Notes under the pieces: generated by a model
Databases searched by the model: none
Told to the model about the DNA's origin: nothing
Seen by the model: the letters and a program-made list of their open reading frames with translations, nothing else
Position numbers and translations under genes: made by a program
Shown here: positions 10,610 through 19,939 of the stretch, one piece after another
How the letters are laid out: each line of letters begins with the position of its first letter
Numbering within the stretch: the stretch's first letter is position 1
Source: Caldilineales bacterium
Lineage (GTDB): Bacteria; Chloroflexota; Anaerolineae; Caldilineales; Caldilineaceae
Assembly: GCA_012271135.1 (NCBI GenBank)
Contig: JAAXGZ010000003.1
Span: 452-64,451, forward strand
Reading direction: 5' to 3'
Length of the DNA stretch: 64,000 bases

Positions 10610-12721
10610 ATGCATAGATTGCTAATGTCGGCGGTGATGTTGCTGGCCTGCCTGTTCGTGCTGGCAGCCTGCGGCGCGCCGGCGGCCGAGGAGCCCGCGG
10701 CGGAACCGGCGGCCGCGGAGACCGCGCCGGTCGAGCTGGCCGCGCCGGTACCGTATGAATTTGGCACGCTGCCGGGAGGGGGCTCGGGTGAAGTTGCCCG
10801 TTACCCGTTGTCGGACCTGGTCCAGTACCGGGCCCTTGATGAATACCACCAGCCGGCCTTCATGGATGCCTTGGTGGCCGACGGCACCCTGCCGCCGGTG
10901 GAGGAACGGCTGCCACCGGAACCGATGGTGATCCCGACCGACGGCATGTCCGACGGCCCGGGAGTCTACGGTGGGGTTTGGCGCGATTTCTCGGCGGTCC
11001 AGACCGAAGGCTGGAACCTCTGCGCCCGCGAAACCCAGGGCTGGTTCGGCATCAACTACATCTATTCGGAAGCCTTGGTGGATGCCGCTCCGGTGTTCAT
11101 GCGTTCGGACGACTTTGCGCCCCTGCCCAACCTGGCCAAGAGCTGGGAATGGAGCGAGGACGGCATGCAGCTGACCATGACGCTCATGGAAGGCGTCAAG
11201 TGGTCGGACGGTGCACCGCTCACCATGGAGGACATTCGCTTCACCTGGGAAGACAACATCCTGGATCCGAATGTTCCCTCCTGGAAGACCCCGACATCTT
11301 GGGAAATCGACGGGACCCCGGTCACCATCGACTTCCACGACGACTACACCTTCACCTGGAACTTTCCAGTGGCCTTCCCGGTCCAGAAGATCTTCGACAT
11401 GGACTTCCTGGACTTCACCATCTGCCCGGCCCATGTTTTGAAGCCGCACCATCCCGCCCACGGCGGCGTGGACTACGAGGCCTACGAAACGTCACTGCCA
11501 CCGCTGGACCTGCCTCCGGTCTCTCTCGGCCCCTGGGTCGCGGTGGAGTACAAGACCGACGAGTTCATGGTCATGCGGCGCAACCCCTACTACTGGAAGG
11601 TGGACGAGGCCGGCAACCAGCTGCCCTACATGAACGAGGTCACGTTCCAGAAGGGCGAGAGCGGCATCGGCCGCACACTGGGGACCTTGGGCGGTTCCAT
11701 TGACCACACCAACCTGGAAAACCCCAGCACCTACATCGAGACCACCAAGCGGATGCAGGAAGAGGATGCCCACTTCTACGTGGCTTGGGGCCCCGAGGCA
11801 CTGGGCTTTCCGATTGAGTTCAACCTCTCCCTCAACCACGGTGTTGAGAGCGAACGCGACGCGTCGTTGCGCGACCTGTTCCGAGATGTGCGCTTCCGCA
11901 AGGCGGTTGCCTATGCCCTGGACCGGGACGGCATTGCCCAGTCGGTGGTGCGGGGTCCCTTCCTGCGCGGCTTCCCCGGCGGCATTGTCCCCGGTGCGGT
12001 GGAGTTCGACATCGACTCGGTGGTGAACTATCCCTATTCGCCGGAGTCGGCTTCTGCCCTCCTGGCCGAGCTGGGCTTCGAGGACACCAACGGCGACGGC
12101 ATCCTGAACTGGACGAGTGGTCCGCTGGAAGGCGAGGAGTTGATCATCGGCCTCAACACCAGTGAGGACGCCGCTGCTACCCAGGGTGTCGGCGAAGCTG
12201 CCTCCGCGCTTCTGCGGGACGTGGGCGTCGAGATCAACATGCGGGTCATGCAGGGCCCGGCCTTGGGCGATGCCAACACCAACGGTACGTGGGAAATGCG
12301 GGTCACCCGCACCGGTCAGCACTACCTGACCCCGTTCACGCGGTGCACCGACCTCGGCCCCGTGACTAAGGAGTTCGGCATCCATCGTGAGGGTGCCGAG
12401 CCGCGTGTGCTGCTGGACTTCGAACAGGAGCTGATTGACGTCATCAATGCCTTCTGCCTCGAGCCCAATCAGGCCAAGCGCAACGAATTGATGTCGCGAT
12501 ACAACGAACTCTTTACCGGGAACGTGTACCACGCCGGCACCATCATCGGCCGCTACGGCCTGGCCATGGCCAAGCGCTTCAAGAACATCCCGATTGGCTC
12601 GCCGCCGTTCTTCGTCCACTGGACGTGGGGCAACGTGCGTCCCGAGCAGATGTGGATTGCCGAAGAGGATCAGGACTTGGTTCCCGAGATTCGTCCCGGC
12701 GAAATTCCCGTCTACAACTAG
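10610..12721 (+). CDS. peptide/nickel-type ABC substrate-binding lipoprotein (family 5), long form
   Basis: Lipobox MLLACLFVLAAC. 703-aa SBP_bac_5-like body. It sits between the ATPase and the DppB/C-type permeases. Confidence 0.85.
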   Translation: MHRLLMSAVMLLACLFVLAACGAPAAEEPAAEPAAAETAPVELAAPVPYEFGTLPGGGSGEVARYPLSDLVQYRALDEYHQPAFMDALVADGTLPPVEERLPPEPMVIPTDGMSDGPGVYGGVWRDFSAVQTEGWNLCARETQGWFGINYIYSEALVDAAPVFMRSDDFAPLPNLAKSWEWSEDGMQLTMTLMEGVKWSDGAPLTMEDIRFTWEDNILDPNVPSWKTPTSWEIDGTPVTIDFHDDYTFTWNFPVAFPVQKIFDMDFLDFTICPAHVLKPHHPAHGGVDYEAYETSLPPLDLPPVSLGPWVAVEYKTDEFMVMRRNPYYWKVDEAGNQLPYMNEVTFQKGESGIGRTLGTLGGSIDHTNLENPSTYIETTKRMQEEDAHFYVAWGPEALGFPIEFNLSLNHGVESERDASLRDLFRDVRFRKAVAYALDRDGIAQSVVRGPFLRGFPGGIVPGAVEFDIDSVVNYPYSPESASALLAELGFEDTNGDGILNWTSGPLEGEELIIGLNTSEDAAATQGVGEAASALLRDVGVEINMRVMQGPALGDANTNGTWEMRVTRTGQHYLTPFTRCTDLGPVTKEFGIHREGAEPRVLLDFEQELIDVINAFCLEPNQAKRNELMSRYNELFTGNVYHAGTIIGRYGLAMAKRFKNIPIGSPPFFVHWTWGNVRPEQMWIAEEDQDLVPEIRPGEIPVYN

Positions 12722-12744
12722 CGGCCGGCAAGGCCGATACATAC

Positions 12745-12772
12745 GGGGGAGGAACCGTCGGGTTCCTCCCCC
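12745..12772 (+). terminator. perfect 12-bp GC-rich hairpin after the binding-protein gene (attenuator or mRNA stabiliser)
   Basis: gggggaggaacc-gtcg-ggttcctccccc, 24 nt after the stop codon. There is no long T-run, so a partial terminator or processing barrier is more likely than a full stop. Confidence 0.5.
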
Positions 12773-12839
12773 TTGGCTTGCCGTGCGATCGATTTGTCAC
12801 ATTGAGAGTGGATAGCAGGTACCGGTTGCGGGCCAGGCC

Positions 12840-13838
12840 ATGATTTCCTATCTGATCCGGCGTCTGCTGTCCGCCGTAACCGTGTTGCTGGTGGTGAGCG
12901 CGATTGCGTTCGTGGTAATCCAGCTGCCGCCCGGCGACTTCACCGACATCTACAAGGCCCAGCTCATCACCCAGGGGGGGCTGACCGAAACCGAGGCGGA
13001 AGCCGCGGCCGAGGAAATGCGCGCCCGGTACGGCCTTGACGTACCGGTGCCGGTCCAGTATGTGAACTGGATCATCGGCATCGTGACGCGCGGTGAGTTC
13101 GGGTACTCGTTCCGCTACAAGGAGGATGTCGGCAGCCTGATAGCCGAGCGGCTGCCCCGCACCATTGGGCTGGCCGCCGCTGCCCATGCCACATCCACAA
13201 TCGTGGGCCTGCTTGTAGGCATTTTTGTGGGGCAGCGGCAGTACTCGCTCAGCGACAACGTCGCGGCCGTGGTGGCCTTCATCCTGACCTCCCTGCCGCG
13301 CTTTTTCCTGGCGCTGGTCATCATCTACATCCTAGTCTTCACCTTCGACCAGCAGAGTGTCACCTCGTTCTATTCGCCCGAATACGTGGTCGCGCCCTGG
13401 TCCGTGGGCAAGTTCCTGGATCTGCTCAAGCATGTTTGGCCTGTCATCGCCATCGCCGGCCTGGGCGGCGTGGCCCGCAACCTGCGGGTCATGCGCGGCA
13501 ACCTGCTGGACGTGCTCAATGCCCAGTACGTGGTCACGGCCAGATCCAAGGGCATCAAGGAGCGGCGGGTTGTCAACCGGCACGCCGTGCCCAACGCCCT
13601 GCACCCGATCGTGGCCTACCAGGGGACGGCCATTCCCTACATGGTCCAGGGGGAACTGGAGGCCGCCATCGTGCTGAGCCTGCCGACCGTCGCCCCCATG
13701 TTCTACGGCTCGCTGCGCAATCAGGACATCTACATTACGGGCAGCATCCTGCTGCTCTACGGCGCGCTTCTGGTCGCGGGCAATCTCCTGTCGGACATCT
13801 TCCTGGCCGTTCTCGACCCGCGCATCCGCTACTCCTGA
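12840..13838 (+). CDS. peptide ABC transporter permease (DppB/OppB-like)
   Basis: N-terminus [33 protein letters not shown], plus the conserved motif [25 protein letters not shown]. Confidence 0.9.
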   Translation: MISYLIRRLLSAVTVLLVVSAIAFVVIQLPPGDFTDIYKAQLITQGGLTETEAEAAAEEMRARYGLDVPVPVQYVNWIIGIVTRGEFGYSFRYKEDVGSLIAERLPRTIGLAAAAHATSTIVGLLVGIFVGQRQYSLSDNVAAVVAFILTSLPRFFLALVIIYILVFTFDQQSVTSFYSPEYVVAPWSVGKFLDLLKHVWPVIAIAGLGGVARNLRVMRGNLLDVLNAQYVVTARSKGIKERRVVNRHAVPNALHPIVAYQGTAIPYMVQGELEAAIVLSLPTVAPMFYGSLRNQDIYITGSILLLYGALLVAGNLLSDIFLAVLDPRIRYS

Positions 13839-13857
13839 GGCGGCAAGTCCGCCTTGG

Positions 13858-15042
13858 TTGCCGGCTGTTCCCACCGTCATGACCGTTTCGCACCAGACCT
13901 CGGCCGCCCAAGCCGACAGTGCCCTGGCCGAGGCCCTGGATGTGCACGGCGGCCGGCAGGAGAGCAGCGAAACCTACTTCCAATTGGTCAGCCGGCGGTT
14001 CATGCGCAGCCGGATCTCGCTGCTGGGCGGCCTCATGATCCTGATGCTGGCCATTCTGTCGATCTTCTCGGACTTCTTCTCCCCGACCGATCCGACGGAA
14101 ATCGACATGCAGGCGACCTTCACCCCGCCGCAGAAGGTTCGTTTTACCAATGTCGAGGGAGGGTTCAGCCTGCGGCCCTTCACCTATCTGCAGGTATACG
14201 ACTTCCACCCGGAGACCCTTGAACCCGTGTGGGTCGACGACGAGAGCCGGGAGTATCCGGTGAAGTTCTTTGTCAAGGGGTGGGAATACAAGGTCCTGGG
14301 GTTCATTCCCATGGACCGGCACCTGTACGGCGTCGAGGACGGTGGCACGGTCTACATCCTCGGCACCGACAAGCTGGGTCGGGACCTGTTCGGTCGTATG
14401 TGCCAGGCTGGACGCATTTCCCTGGCCCTGAGCCTGTTCGCCGGCCTGATTTCGATTGCCGTCGGTTCCGTGCTGGGGGTCATCTCCGGCTACTACATGG
14501 GTTGGATCGACGGTCTGCTGCAGCGCTTTGTGGAGGTGGTGCAGTCTATTCCCGCCCTCCCGCTGTGGATGGCCCTGGCGAGCGTGGTGCCGATTACCTG
14601 GGATCCGCTGCTGGTCTTCGTGATCATGGCTTCGATTTTCGCCCTGATCGGATGGACCGTGCTGGCCCGCGAGGTGCGCGGCAAGGTGCTGGCCTTCCGC
14701 GAAACGGACTTCATCTTGGCGGCCAAGGAGATGGGGGCTTCCGATCTGCGGGTGATCTTCCGCCACCTGTATCCCCATGCCCTGAGCCACGTGATTGTGG
14801 TGCTGACCCTGCAAATTCCCCAGATCATTCTGGCCGAGGCCTTCCTCAGCTTCCTGGGCCTGGGCATTCAGGAACCGCTGATCAGCTGGGGCTACCTGAT
14901 GCGCGATTCCAACAGCCTGGAGACTCTGGGGGTCAATCCCTGGATCCTGTCCCCCGCCGCGTTCATCGTGATCGCCGTGCTCGGCTTCAATTTCCTGGGG
15001 GACGGCCTGCGCGACGCGGCCGATCCCTACGCAACCGCCTGA
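13858..15042 (+). CDS. peptide ABC transporter permease (DppC/OppC-like)
   Basis: Contains [14 protein letters not shown], the EAA-type loop [23 protein letters not shown] and FLGLGIQEP. The alternative ATG at 13879 is possible. Confidence 0.85.
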   Translation: MPAVPTVMTVSHQTSAAQADSALAEALDVHGGRQESSETYFQLVSRRFMRSRISLLGGLMILMLAILSIFSDFFSPTDPTEIDMQATFTPPQKVRFTNVEGGFSLRPFTYLQVYDFHPETLEPVWVDDESREYPVKFFVKGWEYKVLGFIPMDRHLYGVEDGGTVYILGTDKLGRDLFGRMCQAGRISLALSLFAGLISIAVGSVLGVISGYYMGWIDGLLQRFVEVVQSIPALPLWMALASVVPITWDPLLVFVIMASIFALIGWTVLAREVRGKVLAFRETDFILAAKEMGASDLRVIFRHLYPHALSHVIVVLTLQIPQIILAEAFLSFLGLGIQEPLISWGYLMRDSNSLETLGVNPWILSPAAFIVIAVLGFNFLGDGLRDAADPYATA

Positions 15043-15045
15043 GGA

Positions 15046-16107
15046 ATGACCATGGCTGCCGATGCCTGGACCGCTGCTTCCGAACCCGAGGCGCGGATCG
15101 GTGACACCATTCTGGATGTCAGGGACCTGAAGCAATGGTTTCCCATCCGGCGCGGCCTGCTGCAACGGGTGGTGGGGCACGTCAAGGCGGTGGACGGCGT
15201 GAGTTTCCGTCTGCTGGAACGGGAATCGCTCGGGCTGGTTGGTGAGAGCGGCTGCGGCAAGACCACAGCGGGACGCACAATTCTGAGGCTGTACGAGCCC
15301 ACGGGGGGTGAGGTCTGGTACACGCGGGAGGATGGCTCGCAGGTAGAACTGACATCCCTCACCCCGCAGGAAATGAAGGTTCACCGGCGCGAACTGCGCA
15401 TGATCTTCCAGGATCCCTTCTCGTCGCTCAATCCGCGGCTGACGGTCATGGACATCATCGGGGAACCGCTGATCATCCACGGAGTGACCCGCAAGCGTGC
15501 CGAAATCGAGCGGCGCGTGGCGGAACTAATGGAGGCGGTCGGCCTCAACCCGAACTACATGGGGCGCTATCCCCACGAGTTCTCGGGCGGTCAGCGCCAG
15601 CGCATCGGCCTGGCCCGCACCCTGTCGCTGAATCCCCGGATCATCATTGCGGATGAACCGGTCTCGGCCTTGGACGTGTCCGTCCAGGCCCAGGTCCTGA
15701 ACCTCCTCCAGGAACTCAAGGAACAGTTGGGCCTGACGCTGCTGTTCATTGCACACGACCTCAGTGTTGTCGAGCACATCTGCGACCGCATCGCGGTCAT
15801 GTACTTGGGCCACATCATGGAGATCGACGACGCGGAGGATCTTCTGCGCAATCCGGCCCACCCCTATACGGAGGCCCTGGTGTCCGCCGTGCCTCCCGCC
15901 GACCCGGACGTGCGCATGGAGCGCATCATTCTGGAGGGGGATGTGCCCAGCCCCTCCAATCCCCCAACCGGCTGCGTCTTCCATCCCCGCTGCCGCTATG
16001 CGGACGACATCTGTCGTACTGAGTTTCCGCCCATGGTGGATCTGGGCGACGGTCACCAGAGTCGCTGCCATTTCGCGGCCGACCTCGATCTCCAGGGAGT
16101 GGACTGA
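15046..16107 (+). CDS. oligopeptide/dipeptide ABC transporter ATP-binding protein (OppF/DppF-like)
   Basis: Walker [10 protein letters not shown], signature FSGGQRQR, Walker [13 protein letters not shown], and a C-terminal [19 protein letters not shown] tail. Confidence 0.9.
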   Translation: MTMAADAWTAASEPEARIGDTILDVRDLKQWFPIRRGLLQRVVGHVKAVDGVSFRLLERESLGLVGESGCGKTTAGRTILRLYEPTGGEVWYTREDGSQVELTSLTPQEMKVHRRELRMIFQDPFSSLNPRLTVMDIIGEPLIIHGVTRKRAEIERRVAELMEAVGLNPNYMGRYPHEFSGGQRQRIGLARTLSLNPRIIIADEPVSALDVSVQAQVLNLLQELKEQLGLTLLFIAHDLSVVEHICDRIAVMYLGHIMEIDDAEDLLRNPAHPYTEALVSAVPPADPDVRMERIILEGDVPSPSNPPTGCVFHPRCRYADDICRTEFPPMVDLGDGHQSRCHFAADLDLQGVD

Positions 16108-16108
16108 G

Positions 16109-16477
16109 GTGAACGGTCCGTCCGGAGCCGTGCGGGGCTGGAGCGCCGCGGCCTGGCTGGTGCCGGTAGTCGGTCCCGTGCTGGCGCTGTTGGCGGGTGG
16201 TCATCCCCTGTCCCGTCACCATGCCCTACAGTCCTTGGTGGTCAGCACCACTGCCGTGGCCGTGTTTCTGGCCTGGGCCGCGCTGGGGTGGATTTTGACA
16301 TGGATCCCAATCGTGGGGGCGACGATGGGCGCCATGCTGTTTGCAGGGGTACCCATGGTGCTGGCCGCCACGCTGGTGGCCCACATATCCGGGCTGGTGT
16401 ATGCCTGGCAAGGCCGCTTCACGCTGGTGCCGTTGTATGGCGGCCTGCTGAGAGTTGTGCTGGGTTCCGCGGACTGA
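16109..16477 (+). CDS. small integral membrane protein (about 122 aa, DUF4870-like topology)
   Basis: In-frame GTG at 16109, one nucleotide after the OppF-like stop (TGA 16105-16107; ...gactgaGgtgaac...). It encodes VNGPSGAVRGWSAAAWLVPVVGPVLALLAGGHPLSRHHALQSLVVSTTAVAVFLAWAALGWILTWIPIVGATMGAMLFAGVPMVLAATLVAHISGLVYAWQGRFTLVPLYG, with three to four TM helices. The family assignment is tentative. Confidence 0.55.
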   Translation: MNGPSGAVRGWSAAAWLVPVVGPVLALLAGGHPLSRHHALQSLVVSTTAVAVFLAWAALGWILTWIPIVGATMGAMLFAGVPMVLAATLVAHISGLVYAWQGRFTLVPLYGGLLRVVLGSAD

Positions 16478-16506
16478 CGGACAGGGCCGGATTCCGCGCT
16501 TCGTTG

Positions 16507-16722
16507 CAGCTTGGTTGAGTTGGGTTGGGAACCCAATTGCCGATCAAGCTTCCGTGTCGAGGTGTGGCCCAGTCAACCGTCAGCAGGCAAGGCGGGACGC
16601 CGGGAACCGGTTCGCCCACGGGCGAACAGTCAGGTTTATCACAAGCACCACAGCATGTTGCCTGTAGTTCCTGTTTGATTCGGCTTTGATGCGGCGTTCA
16701 TCCATCCGAAGGTGCCACGGTG
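16507..16722 (-). repeat. conserved structured non-coding tail downstream of Uma2 gene 1 (copy A)
   Basis: Aligns with 18409..18591, with an insertion of about 27 nt in copy A. A 34-nt block ttcggctttgatgcggcgttcatccatccgaagg is identical in both copies. The reading frames of the two copies disagree on both strands, so the element is not coding. Hairpins: gttcgcc-cac-gggcgaac and ttgggtt-ggg-aacccaa. Confidence 0.6.
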
Positions 16723-17901
16723 CTATCCGGAGCCGTGGTCGTGGTCCGGGTTTCCCAGCAGGGACTGCCACTCGTTCGGTGCCTGCTGCACCTTCCGGAT
16801 GCGATCCATCACATTCGGCGGGGGGCCGTCCCGATGCCAAGCAGCCTCGATCCGTTCCAGGTTCGCCGGTTCCAGCTCCGTTCCCAGGCATGCGCGCAAC
16901 AGACCAATGGCCAACTCCATCCGTTCACGCTCCATTTCTGTCCATTCAAATTCGGCGTCGGTCTCGCGGTCGCGCCAGCGGCCCGTGTCCGGGTCGTACC
17001 ACTGGAAGCGGGGGGGTGGCCTGTATTCCTCGGGCAGGCTCTGCATGGCCTCCGTGTCCTCCCGCGCATTCGGCAGCATGCGGATGTGCGTGTCGAACAC
17101 CTCGCTCCAGTACGCGTCCGCGCCTTCGACCGACATCACCGGGTCGGGCTCGACCTGGCGGTATGTCCCACCCTCCAGCCGGAACACCAACAGCTCCCGG
17201 GGCGAACCCGCCCGGCGCTTGCCGCCGAGGTCGTAGGCCAGGTATTCGGGGATCCCCGCCGCCGCATACAGGCGCTTCTTGTAGATGAGGTCGCGGTTCG
17301 CGGAGCCCTTGGATAACACCTCTAGCACCAGCTGCGGCACAGGCGCGCCCAGATCCAGACGCAGGATGCGTTCGGGCATGAACCGTTCCCGTTCCGGTGC
17401 CGACATCGCCTTCCGCACCAGCAGGTCCGGGCGCACGGCTTTCTTGACCGGGTGCCGCTCTGTGCTGGTGCGATTGACCTGCGCGACGGTCTCCGGTCGG
17501 AAACGGACGGTCCCCTCGTAGTCGGCCTCCAAACCTACCCGGGCAAGGGGATCGGTCGCCGATTCCTCCATGCGCTCCTGGATCAGCCGGGCGCGTCGTT
17601 CGGCGGGGCTCATCACACCGTTCTTGTCGTATTCATCGAGATGGACACCCTCGGCCCCGTAGTCGGGGTCGGTGGTCCAGTCGTGGTCGTACTCGTGGGC
17701 GACGTCGTAGATGAAGTCGGGGTCGAAATGGCCCAGCTGCTCCAGTTCGGCGCGCCATTCCGCCCAGTGTTCCCGCCGCCAGGCGCTCCGTGCCGCGCGC
17801 GCCGCGCGTGTCATGGTGGGGTCGGCATCGGGGTGCGGCTCCGCCACGCGCCCGTTGGGCACCGCCGGCATCCGCGTCCGTTCCCGCACGGCCGTGTCCA
17901 T
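16723..17901 (-). CDS. Uma2-family (DUF820) PD-(D/E)xK endonuclease with N- and C-terminal extensions
   Basis: 392 aa. The Uma2 core is PERILRLDLGAPVPQLVLEVLSKGSANRDLIYKKRLYAAAGIPEYLAYDL. The N-extension carries HFDPDFIYDVAHEYDHDWTTDPDYG. The C-terminal module is LAIGLLRACLGTELEPANLERIEAAWHRDGPPPNVMDRIRKVQQAPNEWQSLL. Confidence 0.8.
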   Translation of the reverse strand: MDTAVRERTRMPAVPNGRVAEPHPDADPTMTRAARAARSAWRREHWAEWRAELEQLGHFDPDFIYDVAHEYDHDWTTDPDYGAEGVHLDEYDKNGVMSPAERRARLIQERMEESATDPLARVGLEADYEGTVRFRPETVAQVNRTSTERHPVKKAVRPDLLVRKAMSAPERERFMPERILRLDLGAPVPQLVLEVLSKGSANRDLIYKKRLYAAAGIPEYLAYDLGGKRRAGSPRELLVFRLEGGTYRQVEPDPVMSVEGADAYWSEVFDTHIRMLPNAREDTEAMQSLPEEYRPPPRFQWYDPDTGRWRDRETDAEFEWTEMERERMELAIGLLRACLGTELEPANLERIEAAWHRDGPPPNVMDRIRKVQQAPNEWQSLLGNPDHDHGSG

Positions 17902-18067
17902 GCTTCGCCTCCCGTTTCGGAAATTGGCCCCATTCTACTCCGATGCCCCGTTGGCCAACGGCAGGGATCCTTATTTTGTGAACCCAGTCTGAGCCTGGAA
18001 TGGGCAGGGGCCTTCGTCGCAGGCTTCGTCCCGGCATGTGTCCCTGCCGCTTGACCTATCCGTGCCT

Positions 18068-18368
18068 GCGGCTGTCCGGCGTGTCAGGGAACTGCAGCGA
18101 ACGCCAGTGGATCTTGCTCCGGAACATGTCCGCCGCGGTGTGGCCTGGTCCCACCCGGTGCAGTGGGCCTCGATTTGGCCAAGCAACGTGCCGGGTAGTT
18201 TCGTCTTCAGGACTGCGTACACCATGGAGACGCGCTCCTCAATATGACTCTTGCTACGCCTCTGGCCTCGTCTTTCTGCACCTGGTATTTTGTCTTGACA
18301 CCCACATCCAGGTCGCGCCAGAGGCTTCGGTCAGGATCGCATCACCCGGTGTTGCTGTATGGCAGTTT
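18068..18368 (-). repeat. dispersed repeat / decayed gene remnant, long copy
   Basis: Its ends match 21370..21518 (gcggctgtYcggc.gKtcagggaactgcagcgaaYgcc ... gttgMtRtatggcag). The minus-strand frames give ...GVKTKYQVQKDEARGV... and ...HWRSLQFPDTPDSRRHG*, broken by frameshifts. Confidence 0.45.
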
Positions 18369-18408
18369 GCCGAGAGCCGTGCCGGGTTCCCGCTGCGCGG
18401 TACTGTTA

Positions 18409-18591
18409 CAGTTTGGTTGGATTCGGAACCCAATTGCCGAGCCAACCGTTAGCGGGCAAGGAAGGATGCCGGGAACCAGTTCGCCTACGGACGAACAGCC
18501 AGATTCATCAAGGGCACCACCGTGTTTCGACTGTCGTGCCCGTTGGGTTCGGCTTTGATGCGGCGTTCATCCATCCGAAGGCACTACGGTG
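18409..18591 (-). repeat. conserved structured non-coding tail downstream of Uma2 gene 2 (copy B)
   Basis: Homologous to 16507..16722; see that entry. The hairpin gttcg-cctacgga-cgaac occupies the equivalent position. Confidence 0.6.
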
Positions 18592-19710
18592 CTATCCGGA
18601 GCCGGTGTCGTGGTTCGGGTCTCCCAACAGGGACCGCCATTCGTTCGATATCCGCTGTACCTTCCGGATACGGTCCATCACATTTGGCGGGGGACCGTCC
18701 CGATGCCAAACGGCCTCGATCCGTTCCAAGTTTGCCGGTTCCAGATCCGTTCCCAGACATGTGCGCAACAGACCGATGGCCAACTCCGTCCGTTCACGCT
18801 CCAACTCCGTCCGTTCACGTTCCTGGTCGGTCTCTCGATCGCGCCAGAGACCCTGGTCCGGATCCCACCATTGCAGCCGATGCAGATCTACCGGTTTGTC
18901 CGGCATGCCGACATCCACGTCGCGGGCCACAGCCGGCAGCATGCGGATGTCGGCCGCCAGCACTGCGCTGTGGTACACGGGCCATTCCCCGTCCCCTGCC
19001 TGCCGCGGGATCCGAACATAGTTCCCCGTGTCGCCCAGCCGCCAGCCCCAGAACGAAACGCCGTCCGCGGACGCCGGCGGCGCATGGCCCTCCGGGTCGT
19101 ACAGCCAGTACTCCGCAATGCCCATGGCGGCATAGGTGTCCAACTTGGGCCCCAGATCCGCTTGCCACGTGGACTCGGAGAGGACCTCCAGCACCAGCAG
19201 CGGGGGCGGGTCCACTCCCAGCCGGCAGGCGCGGGGCAGCGGTTCGCCTGGCGGCAACACCTTCGGCAGCACGGCCACGTCCGGAACGAGATGTCCCTTG
19301 TCCCTGAACTCGTGGTCCGGTGCCAGGGCCTGCCTGACCGCGTCCGACAGGTGCACCGTGAATTCGCGCGGTGCACATCGGCCCCGCAGGTCCTCTACGG
19401 TGTGCTTGAAGGATGTAAGGGAGTATTTGTGTGGTTCGGTGGTCAAGTAGGTAACCCCATCCACACCGTAGTCCGGATCCGTCGTGTATTCGTCGTCGTA
19501 CTCATGGGTCGGGTCGTAGGGGTAGGCCGGGTCGTAGTGGGTCAGGGCTCTGATCGTCGTCCACCAGGCCTCACTGCCGGGCATCGGCGCGGCAGGCAGC
19601 GGTGGCAGTGCGACGGTCGCAGTCCCGTTGAAGGGCCGGTCTGCCGTTCCGTTCACGGCGTCGCCTTCAGTTCCGATCCGTTCCTGTTCCCGTGCCTTCG
19701 GCGTGGCCAT
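18592..19710 (-). CDS. Uma2-family (DUF820) endonuclease paralog with N- and C-terminal extensions
   Basis: Internal ATG at 19710 of ORF 18592..20097. The core is LGVDPPPLLVLEVLSESTWQADLGPKLDTYAAMGIAEYWLYDP. The N-extension is HYDPAYPYDPTHEYDDEYTTDPDYG. The C-terminal module is LAIGLLRTCLGTDLEPANLERIEAVWHRDGPPPNVMDRIRKVQRISNEWRSLL. The start is not certain. Confidence 0.75.
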   Translation of the reverse strand: MATPKAREQERIGTEGDAVNGTADRPFNGTATVALPPLPAAPMPGSEAWWTTIRALTHYDPAYPYDPTHEYDDEYTTDPDYGVDGVTYLTTEPHKYSLTSFKHTVEDLRGRCAPREFTVHLSDAVRQALAPDHEFRDKGHLVPDVAVLPKVLPPGEPLPRACRLGVDPPPLLVLEVLSESTWQADLGPKLDTYAAMGIAEYWLYDPEGHAPPASADGVSFWGWRLGDTGNYVRIPRQAGDGEWPVYHSAVLAADIRMLPAVARDVDVGMPDKPVDLHRLQWWDPDQGLWRDRETDQERERTELERERTELAIGLLRTCLGTDLEPANLERIEAVWHRDGPPPNVMDRIRKVQRISNEWRSLLGDPNHDTGSG

Positions 19711-19939
19711 GGCCGCGTTCCTGCTCACTCCAAGTGTTGGTCCGCCATTGTAGTACGCTCCGAATTGGCGGCCTGCCACGCCTCCCATCGCCTGTTGATA
19801 TGGCAGCTTAAAGCCACGGTGTTTCGAGCCCGTTGCGGGTTCCGTTAAAGGGTTCCGATAAAATTGGATGGCAGGTGCCGGTCGATTTCTGATCGCCCGC
19901 CGCACCAAGCCATCGTCCAACCTAGACAGGAGCAACCGT

